Notes under the pieces: model-generated
Told to the model about the DNA's origin: nothing
Databases searched by the model: none
Seen by the model: only the letters and a program-made list of their open reading frames with translations
Assembly (NCBI RefSeq): GCF_036365525.1
Contig: NC_090378.1
Location: forward strand, 118,467,593-118,531,592
DNA from: Heterodontus francisci
Taxonomy: Eukaryota
DNA: 64,000 nucleotides
Direction of reading: 5' to 3'
Program-made: the position numbers and the translations under genes
Shown: positions 14,750 through 27,434 of the stretch, piece by piece
How positions within the stretch are numbered: position 1 is the first letter of the stretch
Layout of the letters: each line of letters opens with the position of its first letter

Positions 14750-16140
14750 TAATCCTGATTAATTGTGAGGAATCAGCCTGAACAGTTTGATTGCCGTGTT
14801 TGATTAGTACTGTCTTAGCATCATAACCTATGACCTTACCAGGACCTTTTACTCCCTATGACCCTCTCTTTTGTGATACACCAAATCTCCTGATTTAAAT
14901 TCTGTCCCGGATGGTCTTAGAGCTCTCTGAGACCTCAGCCTTGTTGAAAGCCTGTCTCCCTGCTTGTAAAACAATCTAATGTGCAGAAGAATGGAAATAA
15001 TTACAATGTCCTCTAGAGAAGGAGGACTATCACACAGCACAAAAGGCAATTGGCATTTCACCCATAGACCAATTGATCGGGTCTATACCCTCCAACCATC
15101 TGGAGTGAATTCCTTGCATGAACCGTCCATTCCAGGATGGTTATCAACTTGCAGTCTGGTTGATCGGATAAAATTTTAAGCAGCATTTCATCAATTACCT
15201 GGTGATTCCTTTCACAGAGTCCATCACTGAAAGGACATTCAGCTGCAGTATTCATGACCATAATGTTCATGTTTTCATAAATATCTCTGAACTTGTCATA
15301 TTCCCCTCCATTATCAGTCAGAAACTTAGCTGATTTCCCAAGTCCAGTCCCTATCCATTTCTCAATGATTTTGTCTATGATAAACCTTTTGCCTTTACTA
15401 AATATTATTGTAGAAACACTAAATCTGGTTGCCAGGTTTATAAAATGGAGAATGAAAATATTTCTGTCTTTGTCCCATACCTTTCGATCCATGGTCACCA
15501 CCTTGTTAAAGTCACGTGCCAATGGAAGACTAACAATAGGTTGTGGTGATGTCCTCCGATACTTTTACACATTTCACAATTGTCACTAATCTCCTCGATT
15601 AGCCTCGGATACTCTTCATCAACCACACCTGCATCCTGAGGCAGGGTTTCTAATCTTTGACAAGTAAGGTGAACAAATTGTCTGTGTAGATTTATGACAA
15701 TTTGCTTTTTTCTCTCTGATTCTCATCACCTGATGTTATTAATACTTGTCTAACACTCTGATGAGAAACATCAAGTCCTGTTAAATGGATACAATAAGGT
15801 TCTGATTGGGGAAAATGTAGATCCACTGACTTTCCAAAAATAATTGCCTGATCATTCTCCATGTTAAGTTTTATTTTGTGCCTTTTTCATCGAAGGTTTA
15901 CTCAACAGCATAGATATCTGACTAGAGACTGCATCAGTGTTGATAAAGTGGCTTATCCAGCTACTTACACAGAATTACAACAGTCTTTAGTGACCTTAAT
16001 GTGTTATCATCACCTCACCTAAAGTGAGTAGTACTTTTATACTCCTTAACCTTGCATCGATTCTCACTACTTAGTGAAATCAAGGTAACATTTTAACAAA
16101 TCTGTTCGACATCCTGTCAAAGTGTAAATACCATCTAGCA
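14750..16140 (-). mobile_element. Degenerate Ty1/Copia-like (GalEa-like) protease-integrase fragment
   Basis: Minus strand, protease-like segment first, then LHRQFVH, ARDFNKVVTMD..HFINLATRFS..KFLTDNGGEY..AECPFSDGLCERNH and KGPGKVIG; the PR-IN order is that of Copia. Confidence 0.75.
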
Positions 16141-16149
16141 CAAATTTTC

Positions 16150-17230
16150 AGAAAAAGGAATTTTCCTCCACACAAGATCAGGGGGCAGGTTGTTCAACTT
16201 TGCCCGTCTAAAAGCGAAGACCAAAGTACAGAAAGTCCTCATCAGGGAACTCCTCTTTGCTGATGATGCTGCATTAACATCTCACACTGAAGAGTGCCTG
16301 CAGAGACTCATCGACAGGTTTGCGGCTGCCTGCAGTGAATTTGTCCTAACCATCAGCCTCAAGAAAACGAACATCATGGGACAGGACGTCAGAAATGCCC
16401 CATCTATCAATATCGGCGACCACACTCTGGGAGTGGTTCATCTACCTAGGCTCAACTATCACCAGTAACTTGTCTCTCGATGCAAAATTAAACAAGCGCA
16501 TGGGGAAAGCTTCCTCTGCTATGTCCAGACTGGCCAAGAGAGTGTGGGAAAATGGGGCACTGACACAGAACACAAAATCCAAGTGTATCAAGCCTGTGTC
16601 CGCAGTATCTTGCTCTACGGCAGTGAGGCCTGGACAACATATGTCAGCCATGAGCGACGTCTCAATTCATTCCATCTTCACTGCCTCCGGAAAATCCTTG
16701 GCAGGACCGTATCTCCAACACAGAAGTCCTCGAGGCGGCCAACATCCCCGGCATATACACCCGACTAAGCCAGCGGTGCCTGACATGGCTTGACCATGTG
16801 AGCCGCATGGAAGATGGCAGGATCCCCAAGGACACATTGTACAGCGAGCTCGCCACTGGTATCAGACCCACCGGCCGTCCATGTCTCCGCTTTAAAGACG
16901 TCTGCAAACGCGACATGAAGTCCTGTGACATTGATCACAAGTCGTGGGAGTCAGTTGCCAGCGATCGCCAGAGCTGGCGGGCAGACATAAAGGCGGGCTA
17001 AAGCGTGGTGAGTCGAAGAGACTTAGCAGTTGGCAGAATAAAAGACAGAAGCGCAAGGAGAGAGCCAACTGTGTAACAGCCCCGACAACCAATTTTATCT
17101 ACAGCACCTGTGGAAGAGTGTCACTCTAGAATTGGCCTTTATAGCTACTCCAGGCGCTGCTTCACAAATCACTGACCACCTCTAGGTGCTTACCCATTGT
17201 CTCTCGAGACAAGGAGGCCAAAGAAGAAGA
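16150..17230 (+). mobile_element. RTE-clade (BovB-like) LINE 3' part
   Basis: LIRELLFADDAAL, ISLKKT, YLGSTI, RMEDGRIPKDTLYSEL, GRPCLRFKD; ends in a short (GAA)n tail. Confidence 0.88.
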
Positions 17231-17239
17231 TCCAGCACA

Positions 17240-18780
17240 GCACAAGGGAGGAAGGGAAAGCCCGAGTAATTACAGGCCAGTCAGCCTAACCGCAGTGGTG
17301 GGAAAATTATTGGAAACATTCTGAGAGACCATATAAATCATCATTTAGAGAGGCACAGATTGATCCAGGACAGTGATCTTGGATTTGTTAAGGGAAGGTC
17401 ATGTCTGATTAAGTTGATTGAATTTTTTGAGGAGGTTACAAGGAGTGTCAATGAGGGCAGCATGTTTGATATAGTCTACATGGAGTTTAGCAAGGCTTTT
17501 GATAAGGTTCCACATGGCAGACTGTTCAGAAAATTAAAAGCCCATGGGATCCGAGGGAAAGTGGGAAATTGGATCCAAAATTGGTTCATTGACTGGAAGC
17601 AAAGGATTCTGGTTGGCAGGTGTTTTGTGACTGGAAGTTTCTTTCCAGTGGGTTCCACAGGTCTCAGTACTGGGTCCCTTACTGTTTGTGTATATATCAA
17701 TGATTTAAACTTCAATGTAGGGGTATGATTAAAAAGATTGCAGATGATGCAAAGATTGTCCGTGTGGTGGATAGTGAGGAAGAAAGCTGTAGACTGCAGG
17801 AAGATATCAATGGACTGGTCAGGCGAGCAGAAAAATGGCAAGTGGAACTTAATCCAGAGAAGTGAGAGGGAATGAATTTGGGCAGGACAAACAAGGCAAA
17901 TGAATATACAATAAATGGAGGATTCTGAGAAGTGTAGAGGAATAGAGGGAACTTGGAGTTTATCTGCACAGCTCCCTGAAAGTAGCAGGACAGGTAGAAA
18001 AGGTGGTCAAAAAGGCATATGGAATACTTTCCATTATTAGCTGAGGCCGAGACTATAAGAGCAGGGTGGTTATTCTGGAACTGTATAAAACACTAGTTAG
18101 AACCATAGAAAGGTTACGGCACAGAAAGAGGCCATTCAGCCCATCGTAACTATGCTGGCTGAACAAACAAGCTGCCCATTCTAATCCTACCCTCTGGCAT
18201 CTGGTCCATAGCCTGGCAGGTTACAGCACTTCAGGTGCAGGTCCAGGTACCTTTTAAATGAGTTGAGGGTTTCTGCCTTCACCACCGATCCAGGCAGTGA
18301 ATTCCAGATACCCACCACCCTCTGGGTGAAAATGTGTTTCCTCATGTCCTCTCTAATCCTTCCACCAATCACCTTAAATCAGTGGATCGTTAGACCACAG
18401 CTAGAGTACTGTGTACAGTTCTGGTCACCACATTACAGGAAGAATGTGATCACACAAGAGAGGGTACAGAGGAGATTTACAAGGATGTTACCAGGAATGG
18501 AGAATTTCAGCTATGAGGAAAGATTGGATTGGCTGGGGTTGTAATCTTTGAAACAGAGGAGGCTGAGGGGAGGTTTAATTGAGGTGTATAAAATTAAGAG
18601 GGGCCAAGATAGAGTGAATAGGAAGGACCTATTTCCCTCAGCAGAGAGGTCAATAACCAGGGGGCATAGATTTGAAGTAATTGGTGGAAGGATTAGAGGT
18701 GAGTTGAGGAGTAATTTTTTCACCCAGAGGGTGGTGGGGGTCTGGAACTCACTGCCTGACAGGGTGGTAGAGGCAGAAAC
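17240..18780 (+). mobile_element. CR1-clade LINE RT fragment, paralogous to 48470-49700
   Basis: GFVKGRSCL..FSKAFDKVPH..PQLEYCVQFWSPH..FFTQRVVGVWNSLP. Confidence 0.9.
18102..18388 (-). mobile_element. Inverted CR1 3'-end insertion nested in the CR1
   Basis: FTQRVVGIWNSLP on the minus strand; flanked by GTTAGA duplication (18096-18101 and 18389-18394). Confidence 0.85.
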
Positions 18781-18899
18781 ATTTCAGTGCTGAAATGGTT
18801 AATAGTAAGAGTAATTAAAGAGACAGTGTCCCTTTAAGACACTGTTAACCTGGCAGAAACTCTAACCATAAATCAGTCTATCTGGATCCCTCCTCTAGC

Positions 18900-19640
18900 T
18901 TAGCCTCTAACATACTGGTGGCTGTAAGTGTAAGTTTGAGTGATGGTGTCTCTTTATCTTCCTTGTTTTCTGCCTCTTCCTCCCTGACTGGGAAGCTCCC
19001 AGTTTTCGGGTACCTGAAATGAATATGGACAAGGATTGGGTTGTGGTGAGGGGAGAGGAGAAAGTAAGAAGTGCATGTTTACACCGTCTGCAGCTTGAGA
19101 GTCTGAAGAGATTGTGTGATGAGAGAAGGAGGATAAGGTATACAGACAACCTTATCATCGATCTCTCCAGCCCCACCAGTGTCCATGGCCTCAGCGATGC
19201 CCCTTCCCATGTTGACCAGCACTGTATCCTCCGTGAGGGTTAAAATCTGCAGACCTGCTTGTCCGCCTCCAGTTCCTTCTTGTTGCCTCTATTATGAACC
19301 ACCTTCTCCTGTAAGAGAGAGAGAAGTGTGAGAGTGAGTGTCCTGTAATATGTTTGATGTGGCTGTCATGGTTGAATAGCTGTGTGCTAGCTGTGAGTTG
19401 TTGGTACAAGGTTGGCAGTAATGCTAAGTGTGTGAGGGTGAGGTAAATCCTATGAATTGAAGGGTTGAATACTGATTTATAGAGACTGTTGGTGGCTGGG
19501 TGATGTGGGTTTGGTGAATTGAGCAATGGATGAGGTTAGTGATGCAGTTGGTAGGATCTGCCATTTGAAGATGCACTCAGTCACCTTGACAACTCGTGTC
19601 AGATCATTAAACTTCTTCCTGCATCCTTGTTCTTGGAGCA
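18900..19640 (-). mobile_element. PIF/Harbinger ORF1 (Myb/SANT-like) remnant, apparently spliced
   Basis: Minus strand CRKKFNDLTRVVK followed by a GT donor, then an acceptor and EKVVHN..(frameshift)..TGGGQAGLQILTLTED, typical of Harbinger Myb/SANT proteins. Confidence 0.65.
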
Positions 19641-21354
19641 ACACTCCTGACATTGAGCTCTGCTATTACTTCTTCACACTGTCTCTTGAACATCTATCTG
19701 GAGGAGTTCCTGCCTCTCTGTGGATACTGGATGTTTCTCCTTCTTTCCACTTCTTCCACCAAGACCTGTAACACATCATCAGAAAAGCTTGGTGCACGCT
19801 CTCTCACACGTTCAGCCATTCCTCAAAGTATCACAGTGCCATTCCACCTCCACTTTTCCTCCTGTGGTGAGTTCCTCATTTCTACTGGATTGTCTGGTGG
19901 CCCAAAGTGCAGACCAGACCTCAGAAAGAGAAACCTGTTGCTGTCCAGAACTCACCAGCCCAATGGAAATGAGACCAGTGACCCAGTGTTGGTGGTGCCG
20001 TGGACTTCACCATTCAGGTACTGGGATCATTGTTCACATTCCCAAAAATAGGTGCACCTGAATTCCTAGGCCCAGGTTTATCACTGTAGCTATTCTGACA
20101 GAGGGCAGGAAAGCATGTTTCTCGTCTCTGTTTGAAGCCAGTGTTTTGAAACATCACACACATTAAGATCTTCCTCAGAGAACTGGTTCATCACAGCAGT
20201 CTTTGTGAAGATAATGAATCACTTTTAAAAGGATTTCCTGATGTTCTGAAATAATGGTTATATTTCACTTTAAATTTCTGTACCCAGTGCCACACTCGGA
20301 CAGATTTCCTCAGCATATTGAGGTCTCGGTAAATTGCTGAGAAAAATCTCATTGTAGGTGTCACTGATCCTGTCTCTGAAACAAAGAGTGTGAACACTTC
20401 AGTTTCAACAAGTCACTAATCCTCAATATCCAGTTCTTTCATTTACGATGACAGACATTGCCCCTTTCCTCTATATATTACAAGATATTAATGGAAGAGG
20501 AAGTCCATTCGGCCCACCTTAGCTCCTCCATTGATGATGACCCTAAAGTCTCCCCAATGCAGCATCCAGCTGGTTCTTCCATGACTTTCATTTCCATTAC
20601 TTTATCTGGGAATCCATTCCATGATTAGTCACTCTGATGTGAAGAAAGACTCCTTGATATTAGTCCTGAAGCTGCCTTTTACTAGTTTGAATGTGTGGCC
20701 TCCAGCTCTTGTCATAATTTAATTGGAAGTAATTGTTGGGATTTACTTTTTCCAGAATAAATACCAAGGACCTATTTCTGTTACCTGATGATTCAATATC
20801 CAACATCAGACCAAGAATATTCTTTAGACACAGGTGAATGTGAGTGTGACCCAATTTTTATTCTGTAAAATTGCTGTCTGTGTCCGCCCAGTGTTTAGTG
20901 ACCCAGTGTTTCCTGTCAATGGCACCATGGTCTGGGAAAGGGAGCAGATTTGGACAGTCGGGAATAATGTCGTATTCCCACCCTGAGCAAAATTTAGCCC
21001 CCCTGCTGCAACCACGGTTAAGCACCTATTCCCCACCCCCCACATGTGGAGGAGAGCGGGGGAGGGTGGGGACTTGTCCGTCTCCCTCTTATCGATACTC
21101 CTCAGGAGCAGCTGGTGGAAATTGGAAGTCGCTCCAAGGTTACGGCTGTAATGACCCTAATGTGCTGCACTTTGAACTGGCAGCGAAACTCAACTTTCAT
21201 CTGTAGCTGAAGATGCTGCTTCTGCCTCAATTTGTGAAGTTGTGTTTTGTGTTTATTATCTCGGGAAGTAAACACAGAAGCAGAAACCCAGCAAAGAACA
21301 AAGCCCCAGATATGAGCCTCCAAATGAGCACTTAACTGTTACTCTGCTATGTAG

Positions 21355-21760
21355 AATATAGGGACAGGGGTAGGCCATTCAGCCCCTTCAAGACTGTTCC
21401 ATCATTCAGTTCAATCATGGCTGATCTGTACTCCATTTACCTGCCTTTGATCCATATTCCTTGTTACCCTTATCTAATAAAAATCAGTCAATCTCTGCCT
21501 TTAAAATGTCAATTGACCAACATCTCCAATGTTTTAGAGGAGAGAATTCCAATTTCCACCACCCTTTGTGTGAAGAAGTACTTCCTGATTTCGAATCTTC
21601 TAATTTTAGGATTATGTCACCTTGTTGTGGATTCCCGAACTTGATAAAATAACTTCTCTACATCAAACCTATCAAATCCTTTTATTACTTTAAGCACCTT
21701 AATTAAATCATCTGTTCAACTTTCTAAACTCAGAGGAATACAAGACAATATTTGGTAACT
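21355..21760 (-). mobile_element. Old CR1-clade 3' fragment
   Basis: GGCCATTCAGCCCC..ATCATGGCTGATCTG and TTCCACCACCCTTTGTGTGAAG match the reverse complement of the CR1 3' ends seen elsewhere in the window. Confidence 0.7.
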
Positions 21761-22769
21761 TCACAAATGCATTTTAACAGGAGTTTGTGAGTTTTATATA
21801 AAAACTTGAATTAAATTAAAGTGTCAGTTTCCAATCACTGTACATGTTACTCACTAGAAAGTCTGTATGTAGGGATGTCAGATTATTACAGAATCAGGTT
21901 TCCTGTGATGCCCCCATGATTGAATAGCCTGTTGCCACCCACTGTCAACCTGTTTAACCTTGGAGCAATTGAGGTGATTAATTTGATGCTATTGTTAATT
22001 TGATTTGTGAAGAATTATTTCCACAGAACACACACACATTCTCGGAGTGAAAATTAGTTCCAATTAAACCATTGATCCAGGATGGTACATTTTGTACAAC
22101 CATATCAGTTTGAGATAATGAGGTCTGTTAACATATTCCAAAGAGTAAATTGATCCCTCGAGGAGAGCAATCCAGGGGTGAAAATGGGAAGATGAATTAC
22201 TATTCTCTAATTTTGTTTGATTATGTTTGGCAATCAAAGTGTATTTACACAGAAACTTCTCTTCTGAGATTCGGTGGGAATATAATCGAGAACAGGGAAG
22301 ATTTGTACCTTGTTAGTGAAAGGAGCAGGCTTGATGAGCAGAATGGCCTTTTCTTGTTATATGCTTTCCTAAATCCTTGTGTGTATCTCCCACATCCAAC
22401 ATTCCAGAGCAACAGACCAAGAGACACCTCAAAGCAAATGTCTGCTCAGGGCCCTGGTGGATTATAAACTCCTGTCGACCATACTTGAGTTTGACTAATG
22501 GTTCAGTGTATTCTGTGTATGTGACAGTGATGACAGTCAATAGAGGGCACCCTTTACTAAGTAGTTAAACTATCCTGGGCCTAATGCAGTTCACTGCTTT
22601 GCTGCTTTATAAACAGTAACATTCTTTGTACAGCTTGCTGGGCATTCGTGCTTGAAGTGAAATTGTGTTTCTCGAAAATAATTTCCGAGCTGGTTCCTGT
22701 GATGTTGATTATTACTGATTTCACTGAGAAACAAAGTTAGTGCATCATTTAATAGGATAGGGATGTGGT

Positions 22770-23830
22770 TCGGGTCTGTCTGAATGTGCTGTGTGGGCAG
22801 ATTCTGTCATTTGTGATCACATTGGAAGCATTGTGAATTGTGAGGAGGATAGTGTAGAACTTCCAAAGCACATAGACAGGTTGGTGGAATGGGCAGACAA
22901 GTGGCAGATGAAATTTAATGTAGAAATGTGTGAAGTGATTTATTTCGGTAGAAAGAATGTGGAGAAACAATATAAAATAAAGGGTAAGATTCTAAAGTGG
23001 GTGCAGTAACAGAGGGACCTGGGTGTATATGTGTGTAAATGATTGCAGTGGCAGGATAGGTTGTGAGGGTGGTTAATAAAGCATACATCATCCTAAGTTT
23101 TATCAGTAAGGGCACAGAGTACAAAAGCAAGGAAGTTATGTTAAACTTGTATAAAACACTGGTTCATCGTCAACTGGAGCATTGCATCCAGTTCTGAGCA
23201 CCACACGAAAGGAAGGATGTGAAGGCATTAGAGAGGGTGCAGAAAAGATTCACAAGAATAGTTCCAGGAACGAGGAACTTCAGTTATGTAGATAGATTGG
23301 AGAAGCTGGGGCTGAGAGGGGATTTGATCGAGGTATTCAAAATCATGAGGGGTCTGGACAGAGCAGATAGAGAGAAACTGCTCCCACTGAAGGAAGGATC
23401 GAGAACCAGAGGGCACAGATTTAAGATAATCGGCAAAAGAAGCAATGGAGACATGAAGAAAACCTTTTCACACAGCGAGTGGTTAGAATCTGAAATGCAC
23501 TGTCTGAGAGTGTGGTGGAAGCAGATACAAGCATCCGAACATAGGAATTAGGAGCAGGAGGAGGCCACTCGGCCCCTCGAGCCTGCTGCACTATTCAATA
23601 AGATCATGGCTGATCTGATTGTAACCACGACTCCACATTCCCACCTCCCTCTGAGAACCTTTCTCCCTCTTCCTTATCAAGAATCTATCTCCCTCTGCCT
23701 TAAAAATATTTAAGGACTCTGCTTCCACTGCCTTTTTATTATTGTCTGAAAAGGAAGAATGTGCAGGGCTACGGGGAGAAGGCGGGAGTGTGGCACACTC
23801 TGAATTGCTCATTCTGAGAACCAGCACAAA
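22770..23830 (+). mobile_element. CR1-clade 3' fragment, interrupted by an inverted CR1 3' piece at ~23537-23735
   Basis: WADKWQMKFNVEMCEV, ALERVQKRFTRIVPG. Confidence 0.85.
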
Positions 23831-26800
23831 GAAACATAGAAAATAGGAGCAGGAATAGGCCATTCGGCCCTTCAGGCCTGCTCCGCCATTCAAAAAAGAT
23901 CATGGCTGATAGTTTAATTCAGTTTCCTGTTCCTGCTTTCTCTCCATATCCCTTGATCCCTTTGGCATTCAGAAATATATTTTTCTCCTTCTTGAATATA
24001 TTTTAATGACTTGGCCTCCATTGCCTTCTGCGGTAGAGAATTCCACAGGTTCACCACCCTCTGAGTGAAGAAATTTCTCCTCATCTCGGTTCTAAATGGC
24101 ATACCCCATATCCTGAGACAGTTACCCCTGGTTCTGGACTCCCCAGCCATCAGGAACATCCTCCCTGCATCTAGCCCGTCTAGTCCTGTTAGAATTTTAT
24201 AGGTTTCTATGAGATCCCCTCTCATTCTTCTAAACTCTAGTGAATATAGGCCTAGTCGATCCATTCTCTCCTCATACGTCAATCCTGCCATTCCAGGAAT
24301 CAGCCTAGTAAATCTTCTTTGCACTCCCTCCATGGCAAGAACATCTTCCTCAGATGAGGAGACTAAAACTGCACAATATACTCCAGACGTGGTCTCACCA
24401 AGGCCCTGTATAAAGAACAAAGAACAAAGAAAATTACAGCACAGGAACAGGCCCTTCGGCCCTCCAAGCCTACGCTGATCCAAATCCTCTATCTAAAACT
24501 GTCGCCTATTTTCTAAGGGTCTGTATCTCTTTACTTCCTGCCCATTCATGTATCTGTCTAGATACATCTTAAAAGACGCTATCGTGCCCGCGTCTACCAC
24601 CTCCGCTGGTAATGCATTCCATGCACCCACCACCCTCTGCGTAAAGAACTTTCCACGCATATCCCCCCTAAACTTTTCCCCTTTCACTTTGAACTCGTGT
24701 CCCCTTGTAATTGAATCCCCCACTCTGGGAAAAAGCTTCTTGCTATCCACCCTGTCTATACCTCTCATGATTTTGTACACCTCAATCAGGTCCCCCCTCA
24801 ACCTCCGTCTTTCTAATGAAAATAATCCTAATCTACTCAACCTCTCTTCATAGCTAGCGCCCTCCATACCAGGCAACATCCTGGTGAATCTCCTCTGCAC
24901 CCTCTCCAAAGCATCCACATCCTTTTGGTAATGTGGCGACCAGAACTGCACGCAGTATTCCAAATGTGGCCGAACCAAAGTCCTATACAACTGTAACATG
25001 ACCTGCCAACTCTTGTACTCAATACCCCGTCCGATGAAGGAAAGCATGCCGTATGCCTTCTTGACCACTCTATTGACCTGCGTTGCCACCTTCAGGGAAC
25101 AATGGACCTGAACACCCAAATCTCTCTGTACATCAATTTTCCCCAGGACTTTTCCATTTACTGTATAGTTCACTCTTGAATTGGATCTTCCAAAATGCAT
25201 CACCTCGCATTTGCCCTGATTGAACTCCATCTGCCATTTCTCTGCCCAACTCTCCAGTCTATCTATATTCTGCTGTATTCTCTGACAGTCCCCTTCACTA
25301 TCTGCTACTCCACCAATCTTAGTGTCGTCTGCAAACTTGTTAATCAGACCACCTATACTTTCCTCCAAATCATTTATGTATATCACAAACAACAGTGGTC
25401 CCAGCACGGATCCCTGTGGAACACCACTGGTCACACGTCTCCATTTTGAGAAACTCCCTTCTACTGCTACTCTCTGTCTCCTGTTGCCCAGCCAGTTCTT
25501 TATCCATCTAGCTAGCACACCTTGGACCCCATGCGCCTTCACTTTCTCCATCAGCCTACCATGGGGAACCTTATCAAACGCCTTACTGAAGTCCATGTAT
25601 ATGACATCTACAGCCCTTCCCTCATCAATCAACTTTGTCACTTCCTCAAAGAATTCTATTAAGTTGGTAAGACATGACCTTCCCTGCACAAAACCATGTT
25701 GCCTATCACTGATAAGCCCATTTTCTTCCAAATGGGAATAGATCCTATCCCTCAGTATCTTCTCCAGTAGCTTCCCTACCACTGACATCAGGCTCACCGG
25801 TCTATAATTACCTGGATTTTCCCTGCTACCCTTCTTAAGCAAGGGGACAACATTAGCAATTCTCCAGTCCTCCGGGACCTCACCCGTGTTTAAGGATGTT
25901 GCAAAGATATCTGTTAAGGCCCCAACTATTTCCTCTCTCGCTTCCCACAGTTACCTGGGATAGATCCCATCCGGACCTGGGGACTTGTCCACCTTAATGC
26001 CTTTTTGAATACCCAACACTTCCTCCCTCCTTATGCCGACTTGACCTAGAGTAATCAAACATCTGTCCCTAACCTCAACATCCGTCATGTCCCTCTCCTC
26101 GGTGAATACCGATGCAAAGTACTCGTTTAGAATCTCACCCATTTTCTCTGACTCCACGCATAACTTTCCTCCTTTGTCCTTGAGTGGGCCAATCCTTTCT
26201 CTAGTTACCCTCTTGCTCCTTATATATGAATAAAAGGCTTTGGGATTTTCCTTAACCCTGTTTGCTAAAGATATTTCATGACCCCTTTTAGCCCTATTAA
26301 TTCCTCGTTTCAGATTGCGCCTACAATCCCGATATTCTTTCAAAGCTTCGTCTTTCTTCAGCCGCCTAGACCTTATGTGTGCTTCCTTTTTCCTCTTAGC
26401 TAGTCTCACAATTTCACCTGTCATCCATGGTTCCCTAATCTTGCCATTTCTGCCCCTCATTTTCACAGGAACATGTCTCTCCTGTACGCTAATCAACCTC
26501 TCTTTAAAAGCCTCCCACATATCAAAAGTGGATTTACCTTCAAACAGCTGCTCCCAATCTACATTCCCCAGCTCCTGCCGAATTTTGGTATAGTTGGCCT
26601 TCCCCCAATTTAGCACCCTTCCTTTAGGACCACTCTCGTCTGCAGTAAGACATCCTTACTCCGGTACTCAAATCCTCTTGCAATGAAGGCCAACATCCCA
26701 TTTGCCTTCCTAACTGCTTGCAGCACCTGAATGCTTGCTTTTAGTGACTGGTGTACAAGGACACCCAGGTCTCGTTGCACCTTCCCCTTACCCAATCTAT

Positions 26801-27430
26801 CACCATACAGATAATCTGCCTTTCTATTATTACAACCAAAGTGGATTACTTCACATTTATCCACATTATACTGCATCTGCCATGCATTTGCCCATTCACC
26901 CAACTTGTGCAAATCACATTGAAGCCTCTTTGCATCCTTCTCACAGATCACTCGCACCCCACCACCACCTCCCCCCCCCTCCCCCCTCCTCCAGCTTTGT
27001 GTCGTCTGCAAACTTGGAAATGTTACATTTGGTTCCCTCACCCAAGTCATTAATATATATTGTGAATAGCTGGGGCCCAAGCACTGATCCCTGCCATACC
27101 CCACTCGTCACTGCCTGCCACTCGGAAAAGACCCATTTATTCCTACTCTGTTTCCTGTCTGTAAACCAATTCTCATTCCATGCCAATATATTACCCCCAA
27201 TCCCATGTGCTTTAATTTTGCCCACGAGCCTCTTACGTGGGACCTTATCAAAAGCCTTCTGAAAATCCAAATACACCACATCCACTGGTTATCTATTATC
27301 TATTATCCTTATCATCCTTATCTATTCTACTAGTTACAGCCTCAAAAAACTCTAGTCGATTTGATAAGCATGATCTCCCTTGCGTAAACCCATGCTGACT
27401 TTGTCCAATCCCATTTATGCTTTCCAGGTG
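23830..27430 (-). mobile_element. CR1-clade LINE (host), split by a younger CR1 at 24412-26640
   Basis: [28 protein letters not shown] at 26640-27430; continuation MEGVQRRFTRLIPG and 3' tail at 23830-24411. Confidence 0.88.
24412..26640 (-). mobile_element. Young 5'-truncated CR1-clade LINE; ORF2 open except for one nonsense codon
   Basis: ORFs 25951..26616 and 24493..25842 share a frame, separated by a single TAA; complete RT motifs including FADD; short-repeat tail (TTCTTTG)n. Confidence 0.93.
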
Positions 27431-27434
27431 TTCA

